Assembly (NCBI RefSeq): GCF_024521635.1
Contig: NW_026250403.1
Coordinates: 1,426,001 to 1,490,000 of the forward strand
Length of the DNA stretch: 64,000 nt
Direction of reading: 5' to 3'
DNA from: Tricharina praecox
Lineage: Eukaryota
Shown: positions 25,678-37,189 of the stretch, piece by piece
How positions within the stretch are numbered: the stretch's first letter is position 1
Layout: each line of letters starts with the position of its first letter
Notes under the pieces: generated by a model
The model's database searches: none
What the model was told of the DNA's origin: nothing
Seen by the model: only the letters and a program-made list of their open reading frames with translations
Made by a program: the position numbers and the translations under genes

Positions 25678-26764
25678 ATGTCCTTCCCACGACACCTCAC
25701 CCGCCGACTCACCGGCGCCCCGGCGCCATGCCCGTTCCTCCGCCGCCGCACCCCCGCCCTTAACCACATCCGCACGCTGACAACCACGCCGACCGCCCCC
25801 GCCACCGCCCTGCCCATCACCGCCCACGGCCCGCCGCCCGAAGCGCCGCTGCCCTCGCGCTCGCAGCTCTCGCAGTTCCGCGCGACGCAGAAGGCCGCCA
25901 CCAGCAAGTCCAAGCGCTTCTGGAAGGAAGTGCACGTCATCGAGACCGAAGGTCCCTTCCCTTCCCTTCCTCCGCGCCTCTCCCAGCTCCTAACTTCTAA
26001 CTCCATCCACAGGCGGCTACACGATCAACCTGGACACGCGACCTTTACGAACGCCGCAGCGGCTGCCACTCCTAATCCCACGGTCCAAACCCCTCCTCGC
26101 CGACGCGATCGCATTAGAGTGGAGCCACCTGCGGTCCGCGGCGGACGCGACCAAGACGCACCGAATCCCATTGACGCAGCTGTCCTCACGGGCACTGGAC
26201 ATGGCGGCGTCAGAGGCCTCGGACGACTTCACCACGCGCGCCAGCGCCGTCGCAAACCTGATCCGCTACCTGGACACGGACACGGTGCTGTGCTGGGCGC
26301 CGACGACGCCCGAGCACCTGCGCGACCCCGAGCGGCCGCAGCTGCGCGATCAGCAGGTTGCCGTGGCGAGGGAGTTAATGGCGTACTTGGATACCCGTGT
26401 CTGGCCAGGGCTGGTGATTCATCCCGTCGATGGCGACGTGGGCATGGTGGGGAAACCGCAGCCCGAGGCGACGCGCAAGGCACTCGTCGACTGGATGAAC
26501 CGCCTCGATACGTGGAAGCTCGTCGGGCTCGAGAGGATCGTCCATGCGACTAAGAGCTTTGTGATCGGTGCGCGGATGGTGGCGGAGTGGGGCGCCGCGG
26601 GGGATGCGAAGTGGGGCGTGGAGGAGGCAGCGAAGGCTGCGAGTATCGAGGTGGCGTTTCAGACGCATCAGTGGGGCGAGGTTGAGGATACGCATGATGT
26701 CGAGAAGGAGGATGTTGGCAGGCAGATTGGCGGCGGATGGTTGCTGATCGTCGGTGAGGTGTAG
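25678..26764 (+). CDS. ATP12: Mitochondrial F1-ATPase assembly chaperone ATP12
   Basis: Exons 25678-25951 and 26013-26764. Arg-rich presequence, KRFWKEV, INLDTRPLRTP, IALEW, PLTQLSSRALD, YLDTDTVLCWAP, TKSF and QWGEVEDTHDVEKED. Confidence 0.95.
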
Positions 26765-26851
26765 ACGGGATCTGTAGATTGTACGATATGATTGGAATAG
26801 TAGATATGGGGTAATGAATTGGCCTGCCGAAGCACAGCAAAAAAGTTATAT

Positions 26852-26951
26852 CGTCAGAAACAGGATTCGAACCTGCGAGGCCGTAGCCATGAGATATCTA
26901 TACCCATCGGGGCTTTCAAGTCTCACTCCTTAACCACTCGGACATCCTGAC
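26852..26951 (-). tRNA. tRNA-Ser(UGA) with a ~19-nt intron
   Basis: Reverse complement reads GTCAGGATGTCCGAGTGGTTAAGGAG TGAGA CT TGA A [intron] A TCTCA, then a long variable arm TGGCTACGGCC, then GCAGGTTCGAATCCTGT TTCTGAC G. An oligo-T Pol III terminator lies at ~26839-26844. Confidence 0.93.
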
Positions 26952-27783
26952 AGAGTTGGGATGTAAATACACATTGTCCCTATGAATAATTTTGACGAGT
27001 GCCAATAGGTGAAGGAGTTGAACAGAAATTGAGGCATCACTGCAAGCACGAGTGCCAACAGGAAGAAAGTGCCGCCGACCCGAAAATCTAGTGATCTGAC
27101 GTGATGAAGCATCACGAGACCCACCAATTACAGTTGACCAACCAGAGCACTTACAACATTGATTCCAAATACATATCATACACACCACCATCCCCCTCAG
27201 ATGCAAATGTGACCACAGGCATCTGCACTCGTACACGTACAATACACTGCATATCCCTCATCCTCATGACACCTCCCTCCCCCCACCGCGCACCCATCCA
27301 TCCTGCAATGCGTGCACCCACATCATGCACACTGATAATCCACGTGAATAGCAGTAGTAGCAGTAGTATTGGGATCTTCATGTGCTTCCAATCACAAATC
27401 AAGGAAAAATCACAGTGCAGGAAGAAAAAAGACCTGCCGCAAGAGTTGACCGACCGGGTATAGGATAGGGAAGAAAAGAAGAAGAAGAAAAATAATTAAA
27501 TGCAACGCAATCAATCAAAACTCCACCACCCCTCCATCCCTCCCTTCCCCCCGAGGTTGACGAACGAAAATCATGAACGAGTACAGACAGACAAGGCAAA
27601 AAAGCAAAAGCAAGATATGTAGAAAGCAAGGCACACACCATACACAAGGAATACCCAGAAAAGAAAGCTACGTGCTCATCCTTCACACAGAGTAAATCAC
27701 AAACAAACAAGCCATGAACAATCGACAAAGGAATGATTTTTGATGAAGGAAACAACCCAACCCAACCCCCCAAGGACACTGGC

Positions 27784-29019
27784 CTACAACTCCATTCCCA
27801 TAAAGAGCCACTTTTCGCTGGTGATTTCGTCGTCCGAGAACACGCTCGAGGAGGTGCTGACAGATGAGAAGCTACCGCATCTGACACCTGGTCCGCCGAT
27901 GCCGCCGTTACGCGGGATTTCGGTTTGGACCCAGTGCGCGAGGGTTATCAGCTCGAAGCCTACCCAGCCGAGATCGCGGACGAGGCCGTCTGAAGAGAAT
28001 TGTTAGCTGGTGGATGCATCGGAGGATGTATCGCACTTACGAAGACCTTCTGCGTTCCGTTCGAGGCAAATCACCAGACGATCGCAGGTAAAGCATTCGG
28101 TTGCCAGTTCGATAAGAGCCATTAACCTGCAGAACCAATCAGTAAATGACGGAAGGGATTGTGTGGATGGATGGATGCATACCCATGCTTCAACTGGGTC
28201 CCTGCGACATGCTCGAAGAACAAGAACAGAGTCTTCTCGACCTTCCCCCGCGCCAGCTCCTTATCCGCAATGAATCCCCTGAAACTGGTTCCCCCAACGT
28301 AGTCCCAGACTTCAATGAACCTCATGTCGTCACCATCCCCTTTCTCCACTCCACTAAAAGAGTGACCGTCGTCGTCGTCGTCGTTGTTGTTGTTATTGGT
28401 ACTATTGCTGTAATCGTAATCATCGGAATCATCACTATCGTAACCCTCGCTGACGCCACTGATCGCAGCGCCGAGATGGTTTTCATTTTTCTTGTTGCTA
28501 TTGTTGTTATTGCCGATCTTGCGAATCGAGCCCATCGAACGGGAAACACTTGGCGAACCCAACCTTCCACCCAGGAAGATTCGCCTCATGTCCCCACAAA
28601 GAAGTCTCTCACACTCCCTTGCGATGGTACTCGACGCCCCCTTCGTGGCAGAGCAGGCGGTTGGCGAGCGCGCGCGGATGTATCCACCCGTGCGGTGCGC
28701 GCCTTCCACGTTGCTCTGTGAAGGGGGACTTTTGGGGTATCCTGAGGGGGCCTCAGGAACGCCACAGTGCCCCTGCATGCGACGGGGAAAGTCAGCAAGT
28801 GATCAATTGTGTCGCACTCACGGGGGGAGATTGTTACTAACCGTTGGTGCCCGTACTGGAGTAATGGAATCCTTGAACCACCGTCGAACAAGCCGAGGTG
28901 GCGTAGCAGCTGGCGAGAACGGGAGCGGTGGAGGCGCTTTTGGGCGACATGGAACGACCGCTGCCGGACCGGTAATTACTGGAATTATTATTGCGTTTAC
29001 TATTGTTGAGCATCGCCAT
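27784..29019 (-). CDS. OAZ1: Ornithine decarboxylase antizyme, requiring a +1 programmed ribosomal frameshift
   Basis: Exons 29019-28842, 28772-28183, 28126-28041, 27989-27784. ORF1 reads VLASCY...GFHYSSTGTN/GALWRS-stop (TCC TGA at 28758-28753). The +1 frame continues EAPSGYPKSPP..ECERLLC..EVWDYVGGTSFRGF..LKHGLMALIELA..LVRDLGWVGFE..KWLFMGMEL*. Confidence 0.95.
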
Positions 29020-30748
29020 TGTCGTTATTTGTCCAGGGTTGCTGTGTAGAAAGGGTTCGGCAGGGTTGGGAGTTGAAGTGAGAAGTTGTTGTTGTTGTTG
29101 TTTGGTTGACTGAAAGCCGATTGAGTTTGGTTGGGTTGGGTTGGGGAGCTGATGAGTGCTGGGAGTTGGCTTTTGAGCTGTGGTTGACAGTTGTTGTTTG
29201 GAACGTGGAGGAGGAACGGGAGAGCTCGGGGTTATGTGCTAGACAAAAGGGTTGAGGAAGGGAAGCAAGCGGATCGCCACGGCGAGACGGGGGCGGGGGG
29301 TTGATAAATAAACTAGCGGCACAAGATGGGGGGGGGCGTGCTGGCTTGGGGCCACCCATTAGTTAGCACTTTCACGTCCTCGTGCCCTTGGAGTTACACC
29401 CAGCCAACGCCAGTGTCGCATCAGAATACTCAATGTGGCGGGGAGGAACGGATTGGCAGCTCAATGAGTCGGCCGGGTGCTGGCATTCGCTGAGAGGTAT
29501 CTAGAACCTACGAGACTCGCGGCCTCGCAGTGGACTGACGGACAGAGACGGACAGCGAACAACAGACAGAAGCAATTCGAATTTCGAACGATAAGGCGAA
29601 TCACCGCACCACACGCACAGCAATCACGCACGAAAACAAATAATTTGTAGATAATATGAGGGCTTCTCGACGCCTCGTCACTCCGTATGCAGACATCCAG
29701 ACACCCAGCTCGTCCAGCAGCTAACAACTTATGACTTACCCACTCTCCCGGACCGATCGCTCGTCCACTGATAGAGTCCCTGCAGCAGCATTCGTCCATC
29801 CACCCATCCACCCATCCAGCCGCTGAATGGCCGGATAGATGTGTGCGATATGTACTCCAGATTCCATCCCTTTCTGCCAGTGCAGTACAGTGCGTGCCAT
29901 GCATTTTCCTCCGCACTTCTTATCCCATTGCATGTCCCCATTGCATGCACCCGACCACTTCGGGAAAGTCGGCGGTCAATTCGATGAAACGTTTTTTTTC
30001 GGTTTAGCCGCGCGGTCCGCTCGTACGCTCGCACGAACAGGACACAGACGGCTGAGATATGTAGATACGGTGGAATAATAGGTAGGACAACGTTTCGAGG
30101 AAGCTGCAGAAGGAAAGAATCTCGTGCTTCGTGAGATTCGCATCTAAACCCGTGAGACGGGGCTGTGCGGGTGGCGTCGGCTACCAACTAGTGGAATACC
30201 TAGAGCAGCTACAAGCCTTTGTCATCGTCCGCGCTGCGTCGCTGAGGGTCCAGACTCGTATCACGTGCTCGTGGAGGAGGCCATCTACCCTAGCCCATTG
30301 GGGTAGCTTTCAACATCACGTGAATGGCTCGGTTGCCGACAACCGGCGAGCTCAGACAGCCCGTGCTAGTTGGTACTCTACATACGTCATCTCCCGGCAA
30401 GCCACCGACATCATCCGTCACCAAGCATCCGCCGGCCATCACTGTCGTCAACACCAAGAATGCAATGCCATCAAGGCAGGCAGCGAGTGAAGCCGCCGCA
30501 AGGAATTCAAACCCGGCACGATGCCGGGTGGTATAAAGCCCTTCCGCTCGGCACTCCACCATCCGTCCCCTCCCCCCCATACACGATCGATACGATACCT
30601 AGACCCTTCCTCCTGTTGCAGATCATCAAAACCTCATTGCCGATAATATAGTCCAAACAACACAACACATCCACATCCACACACGTCCTTCCCCAGATCC
30701 ACATCCAAATCCTAGACGAAGATCGCCAGCCAGCCAGCCACAATCGCA

Positions 30749-31167
30749 ATGTCGGGAGTAACAGACATCAACACGCGGCCGGTCTCGACGACCGTGGGCG
30801 CCACGCACGACACTGGGTTTCCAGAGCCATTCTCAGAGTACTTTTCCCCCCTCCTCCCCCTTCCCTACTACTCACTAACCCCCTCTCCAGGCGCGCCAAC
30901 ACGACACTCGCGCACCCGGAAGGCGCCGCGCGGCCCTCGGAAGAGCTCGACATGTCTCAAATTGAAGAGGGCAAGAAGAAGCGGATGTCGCGGCTGCTGC
31001 CGGGGAAGAAGTGGAAGAATAGCCAGGAGATGGAGCGCGATATGTACAGCGGCCTGGAAGCGAAGGATGCGGACGAGGTCGACGCGAATAATTACCCTGA
31101 TGCTGATGCGAGACAGCCGGGGAAGGTTAAGAAGGTGCTGCATAAACTGAGTTGTGGGGTTGTGTAG
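30749..31167 (+). CDS. Small hydrophilic hypothetical protein (~114 aa)
   Basis: TATA (GTATAAA, ~30531), a C/A-rich leader and the GCAATGT start context. Intron 30817-30890 (GTTTCC..CACTAAC..CAG) joins to ORF 30952-31167, ending LSCGVV. Confidence 0.7.
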
Positions 31168-32464
31168 GTGTAGGGACGTGCTGTGGGTTGGGAGGATGGG
31201 TTTTGGGTTGAGGGTTGGGCTGGTGGAATGGCGTTGGTTGTTAGCGTTGAAGTTGCGTTGCTGTTTATACGTTTAATGATGATACCTGTATACCTCGTTC
31301 TCGACTTGTTGCGGTTGCTTGAGAGCACTCATAGTTTGTATTCATAATGTCAGTTCCTTACGTGCAGGTGTTGATTCCAAGTGGTCGCTTGAAAACGATG
31401 GTGGCTGGATTCGTGCAGTGGTTACCAGTAATGTCTACGAGTGATGATGTGTGGTTGACCACTCGGCTCCGAAATGCCAGACTATCTCAACAGTCTCCCG
31501 TTCGTCTTGAGCCATGCCGAGGATGGACTACTAACATCGGTCTGGATGAGTGTTCAGTAGACTTTTGAAATCTATGGATGCTCGGATGGTGATATCCTGC
31601 AATTTGTCGTTAGCTTGCCCGCGTAGGTGCTATCTATGGCACTGGCCAGTGGCAGAGTTGTATGTGGCGTGTGTGTCCACTCTTTCCGACCGCGGATTGA
31701 GTGCCCCGACCGACGAATTCGACGACGATGAGCATGAAGCGATAGAGATCAATCGAACCTCGGTCCCTGGCCGGAGAACCACCACGGGTGCTAAGTCCGA
31801 ACCTCTGAAGAAGTCTCACCATCGCTTCCCCGCACATCATCATCGATTTTATCACTCTAGGAGAGCCTGTTTAGCAGGCGATACGGCGACGGCGGAGAGG
31901 AGAGTGAACTTCAGGGGGAGAGCTCAGGGCTTGGCCCAGGACAACGTCGACCATGACAACCGGTATTTTGCCAGTCCCGCCTTCGATCCAAATATCTTCG
32001 CTGCTATTCATCGGGCCCCGGCCTTGACAGCTACGCAAACCCCGAGACGACGATTCCTTTCGAGCACCATGCCGTGTGCGCTAGACTGGTTATGTTGAGG
32101 GTAGTACCGAGTGGAGGTATCTTTTGGAGAAGAGGAGGGCTACGAAGCGCCGCTACAGCGCAAAACCGACAACCCGAGCCTCTTCGGAGGCTCACTTTCA
32201 AAATATTGCGAGACGAAGGGATTTGGCTTGTCATTTCTGTGTGGATTTGGTGGTGGAATTTCTTTGTCGAAATGTTGTATTGTAGATATCTCTATCGGCC
32301 ATAACCTTCGAGTTCCATGCTGTATGAACAACCAATCAATCAATCAATCAGTGGCAGAGTTGTGCCTGAGACTGGATGATGCTATTCATGCTAGTTATAC
32401 TGAACGGTTTCATTGCATTGCTCCTGCCACAATCCATTACTATTAAGAACTCGACTGGCAGAAT

Positions 32465-32569
32465 GGGGGGTTTCAGCCTGCACCACACCAAAACTCATGC
32501 CCACAACACCACTCGCAAAATCAAATGAGGTGGACACGAGTTTTGGTGTGGTGCAGGCTGAAACCCCCC
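32465..32569. repeat. Foldback inverted repeat with 40-bp arms (38/40 match) and a 25-nt spacer
   Basis: Left arm GGGGGGTTTCAGCCTGCACCACACCAAAACTCATGCCCAC at 32465-32504; right arm GTGGACACGAGTTTTGGTGTGGTGCAGGCTGAAACCCCCC at 32530-32569. Confidence 0.95.
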
Positions 32570-32664
32570 TCCCTCCCCTACGTATTAAGCGAGTTCTTTT
32601 GTCTCCCCTCATTGCTCAGTACTCTACATTCTCTAGCTGCTCCCATAGCTGCTCCAATAGCCGC

Positions 32665-33734
32665 TTAAAACACCTCCTTAAACTGCATCAAAAACTCATA
32701 ATCCTCCAAATTCTCCTCCACCGTTTTTCTGATAAGCTCTGCAGCCTCCTTGCCCCACTTCTCCGTCCACTCGTGCATCTCCATCTCCGGCGTCTTCTCC
32801 TTCTTCCTCTTCTCCCTCTTAACCAACCCCACGCTTCCAATCGCATCCTCATGAAACCCCTTCCACTTATCAAACTCCTCACAGCCGCCATCGTTCCACC
32901 TTAGCATGCTCTGCCTGTAGTTCAGGCCCACACGCTCACAATACCTCCTGACCGCGGCCTCCGGCTCATCGAGTAGATCGTCGGCATCAAGCACACACAG
33001 CTCGTCCCTCCTTACGACCCTTTGCTCCAGCAGGAACTCCAGCAGCAAGCGCAACTCCCTATACCCCGCCTCCTCGGGCAGGAAGTACGTAAACCCGGTC
33101 GTGTCTGAGAGTGGTGGGCGTGTGCACCGGTAGTAGCTGGGGATCGCGCGCCGTGGGTGCCGGATTAGGAACGTGAACTGGAAGGTGCGCAGGATGTGCA
33201 AGGGAATGACGGTGGGGTTTCCAGGCTCGCCCGGAGAGCCGGGAGAGCAGAGCGACGAAGCGATTGTCGCCGCCCCACACGGCGGTATCAGGTAGTGCGC
33301 TATGTCCTTGATGAAGACTCGTTTCCCCGACTTCTTTATTCCCGCCAGGCAGGGTGTCAGGGTTCGTTCATCCTCCTGCACCTCCAAGTCCGCCCCGGAC
33401 GGAAACTCACCTCGCCGGCCTTCCTAATGCTCTCGAGCACGCCCTTATACGTCGCGGCGCTGAACCCACTCTGTTCGCGCAGCTTCTGCATCTCTGGCGT
33501 GTCGCCGCCAAACCTCGTTCCCAGCCGCTCCGTCGCCGAGTAGTAGAAAGCGTCGCCGAACGGCTCGTGCACGCACGTCAGCACGTCGGGGCGCGTCATC
33601 ATTACACGCTCGAAGGCGGTGGAGCAGGCGCGCGGGTGCGTGGCCATAAAGATTGGCTTGCCTTTTCCCGTAGGAGCGGGAGCGGGAGGGGAGCCATCCT
33701 CCGTAGGTGAGGAGGAGGTGTTGTGAGGTGCCAT
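32665..33734 (-). CDS. P-loop/sulfotransferase-like protein (HPRACSTAFER family)
   Basis: Exon 1 is 33734-33411; intron runs GTGAGT..CTGAC..AAG; exon 2 is ~33333 (or 33330) to 32665. Motifs: THPRACSTAFER, HEPFGDAFYY, VFIKDIAHY, FLIRHP..SYY, VLDADDLL, KWKGFHEDA. Confidence 0.88.
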
Positions 33735-34726
33735 CTTCGCTTTCGGTATTGAATTGACAGACAGACGGACGAACGAAGGATGGGCAGGAGGGGCAAGTTA
33801 TAACTACGTTGACTTTTCAAACTCTGTCCCCATCCATCTCAAAGGCTCAGATCACCGCTCGGTTAGATTGTCTGTTTTAGCATCTGAGGCCTACCGCAGG
33901 CGGTGGAAACTAATGTGTATGTATGTTCCTGGTATATAGAGCCCTCACATACATACTCTAACAGGGCTGTATGCGGCTGAGATGAGGAAGTGACGTACAC
34001 CGCATGCAACATCGTCCCGAGTGGGAAGGCTGGGGCCGATTTCCCCGACGGTGGGATCCCGGGTACGGAGGGATCGCCAGTCAGCCCGAAGTATGCACCG
34101 GCAAGAGTGTCGGTGGTCGATGCATCGGGGTGGAGAACCGAGGTAGGTGCGTTGACTTCACGGCTGGGAAATATTGGGTATGGTAGAAGCAGCAAACAAA
34201 AATTAAAGGCTGGCATTCAGAGGGCACCTACCGTACCCCCGTCTCGGATCGGAGGCACAATAGGTACACACATCCGGCCCACCTGTAACATAGCTAACGG
34301 GCGATCCCCTTCATCCTTGTAAGAGAAACCGCCCCGCATATATAATGAGAAAGCAACAAGTAGTACCGCCGACGCCAGAGTGAAGGGGTATCAATCGTGT
34401 TGGCATACAGGCAAAAGAGTGGAAGTAGTAGGTAGCAATAGTAGTAGGAATGAAGAAGCAGGGCAGTATATCAAGAGAACAATCGTGAGAAAAGAAATAC
34501 ACCATTTTGAAAACAAAACAAGAAGCGTAGTCAACAACCACCACCACCAGCACCACCATCCAAAAGGTGTCCTATCCCAAAAGGTTCCCAAAAAAGTAAA
34601 AGTAAGTTAAAGAGCAGTCTGATAGCAATGAAACAACAGCAACAATTCCTCCCAGCATCTTCGTGATATCATCTCACCTCCCTGTCCGCCCAGGTAGCAC
34701 TATTTACCGACCATCTCCCCTTCCCG

Positions 34727-37189
34727 TCATCGTCTAGCACCACGGGCCAACGCTCCGGGTCTAGTCACCGTTGCGCCAGTTGTGCTCCTCAAACTCCTTC
34801 CGACCACCTTCTCCGGCTTCTTCGTCAATGCGGAAGTCGCGTTACCAAGGATGGTGTTGCCGGCCGCCGATGCACTGAGAACCTTCTTTTCTGGACGAGC
34901 AGGGATAGGTGCCTTCTTCCCAGGGACGGCCGTGGGTTCCTCCCTAGCCCTCTTCTTTGTAACCGAGGCAGTCGCAGTCGAGGGCTTGTTGATACTGGTT
35001 CCGCCGGCTCTGGCAGCGGAATGCTCACCGAAGCGACTGGCGGGTCTATCACCAATCCGGCTGATGGGCCTATTCTCATATCTGCTGGCTGGCCTGGTAC
35101 CTGGACCGCCGAGACGGGATTTTGGTGCAGCCTGTTTGCGTTCCTCCGGACGAGGCGGGGAGCTGTTGGGAAGTTGGACGGCCGCGGGGCCCAATTTCTC
35201 CGAAGGTTGCTTGAAACCAGGATTGTGCTCGCAGCATACACCGAACTTTCGCTCCATTTCGACAAACTCGCGGGCTTTGTCGGCCGTGACCCTCATACGG
35301 CGTTCGACCATAAGATCAGCCTGAAGCCTGTCGATTTGCACGTCCGCGATCTCGAGCTTGTCTTGAAGTTCAATGATCAGGCGCTTTAAAGTGGTGATTT
35401 CGACATCGTGGGCGGCATCGATATCCATCGGGGTATTGGCCTCGAACTTTGCGGCGATTGGTTTCGTTTCTGTGTCATCGGGACGAGGAACAGGTGGTGC
35501 AGACGAGGAGCGGTAGGGGCGGGCCCGGTTAAGCGGCGGTACAACGATAGAGGGTCTCCTCTCCTCTGGGAATGCTGACATCCCCACATCCTCTTCTTCC
35601 TGCTTGATCTCGACATCCGGTTCTTCGACCATAACGTGGACATCCTCGACCATTTCGTGAGATTCCTCTTCCGGCTCAACCTTAACTTTCACTTCCTCCT
35701 GCTGAACCTCTTCCTCCTGCTGAACCTCTTCCTCTGGCTGAACCTCTGCTTCCCGCTGAACCTCTTCCACTTGGGGTCCTTCCTCAACCTCTTCCATCGG
35801 CTCCTCCTTAATCGAAAGGTCCGTTGCGGGTTGTTCTGTCACTTCCATTTCCTCGACCTCCTGCAATTCGTCCGTATCCGCAGCCTGAACGACTTCCTGT
35901 TCCGTTTCCATCATCTCCGGTGTCTCCTCGATGATGTCGTTGACGGAAAGCCTAGGAAGGAATCCACCCGTCCTCAAAGACTCCAAATCAATGGCGCTAA
36001 AATCGCGGAACTCTTGGGTCACCCTCCTTCTCCTGGCCCTCTTCCTCTCTTCCGCCGTGATGGGCTTGATGATACCTTCAAACAGTGCCATCGGTTTTAT
36101 CGGTGACGACCTGAAGGTGCGCAATGCCCCACCACCGATCGGGCTTCCAAAGTTCTTGCGTGGCGATGCGCGACGCTTCTTGGCGGTCATCAGGTGCTCC
36201 TCCTCTTCCTCCTCCTCGGTCTTTCTTTCAGGTGAAAAGTTGATGAAGTCTCCGATTGATTGTTGGTCCTGAACGCCAGCAGCAAGCAGCTCTTTCAGCT
36301 GTCGAACCTCGGCTTCTCTAGCCCTCAGCTCGGCGGAGAGCGAGATGGGTGTGCCAGCGGCAAGACGCTGCATTGCATTCATCTTCTGGGGCGAGGTGGC
36401 GGATAAGAATGGAGTCTTGTGGGCGCTCGCGAACAACGACGGCCGCGCGAATGTGGATGCTAGAGGAGTGCCCTCCATCTCCGAAATCGCAGTGAAATTG
36501 GTATCAAAGGAGGATGCAAAGACGTTGCCACGTTGCTTTGCCGGTGTCTGTCCAGGCGAAAGCTGTCTTTGGGAACGAGCAGATGAAGGATAGCCTCCGA
36601 GTCGGTGGGCGACGGAGGAGCCAAGGCCAATGGCCATTGTGCGATCCACCTCAAGCTCATCATCCTCGGGGTCCTCCATCTCTTCCGTCTCCATATCGTC
36701 CCCGGAAGCTGCTGCCTCACCTTCACTCTCGGCATCCTCAATTTCCTCATCCTCCGCGCCACCTTCACTCTCACTAGCCACCGAAGAATGTCGTGATGAC
36801 TGACGCGACTGAGGATGGGAGCTGCTCTCGTCAACTACCGTGGGGGTATCCACGGGACCGGTGCCAGGATGATATTTCCCGCCGCTGCGTCTGGGTCGTC
36901 CGGCGCGTGGTCGTGGCGTTTCCTGTTCATCGCCAACAAAGGGAGTCTGGAACGGGTTGAAAGCAGCGGAAACGACAGGTGTCTCCGAGTCGAAGATATT
37001 AGCGTTGCTCCGCCTCGATGCTCGCGTCGACCGAGCCGTCTGCGGCGACGATGCATATTCGGTGCCGGCTGCATTGCTGTGAAACGAGACCGAGCTCTTC
37101 ATGGGCGAAGACGAGTGGTAGTTCGTGTCGTCCGACGGGGGCAGAGGGATGTCTCTCGGATGTATATCTGGCGTTGGGGATTCGACCAT
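34727..37189 (-). CDS. Hypothetical 820-aa largely disordered protein with acidic repeats, a coiled coil and many S/T-P sites
   Basis: Single long ORF with ACCATGG start context and coding-like codon bias. The coiled coil ends in EMERKFGVCC and is followed by a basic C-terminal tail. Confidence 0.85.
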   Translation of the reverse strand: MVESPTPDIHPRDIPLPPSDDTNYHSSSPMKSSVSFHSNAAGTEYASSPQTARSTRASRRSNANIFDSETPVVSAAFNPFQTPFVGDEQETPRPRAGRPRRSGGKYHPGTGPVDTPTVVDESSSHPQSRQSSRHSSVASESEGGAEDEEIEDAESEGEAAASGDDMETEEMEDPEDDELEVDRTMAIGLGSSVAHRLGGYPSSARSQRQLSPGQTPAKQRGNVFASSFDTNFTAISEMEGTPLASTFARPSLFASAHKTPFLSATSPQKMNAMQRLAAGTPISLSAELRAREAEVRQLKELLAAGVQDQQSIGDFINFSPERKTEEEEEEEHLMTAKKRRASPRKNFGSPIGGGALRTFRSSPIKPMALFEGIIKPITAEERKRARRRRVTQEFRDFSAIDLESLRTGGFLPRLSVNDIIEETPEMMETEQEVVQAADTDELQEVEEMEVTEQPATDLSIKEEPMEEVEEGPQVEEVQREAEVQPEEEVQQEEEVQQEEVKVKVEPEEESHEMVEDVHVMVEEPDVEIKQEEEDVGMSAFPEERRPSIVVPPLNRARPYRSSSAPPVPRPDDTETKPIAAKFEANTPMDIDAAHDVEITTLKRLIIELQDKLEIADVQIDRLQADLMVERRMRVTADKAREFVEMERKFGVCCEHNPGFKQPSEKLGPAAVQLPNSSPPRPEERKQAAPKSRLGGPGTRPASRYENRPISRIGDRPASRFGEHSAARAGGTSINKPSTATASVTKKRAREEPTAVPGKKAPIPARPEKKVLSASAAGNTILGNATSALTKKPEKVVGRSLRSTTGATVTRPGALARGARR

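Noticed and set aside
31550-32098. 182-aa ORF
   Set aside because: No recognisable motif, promoter or codon bias; at most a decayed fragment.
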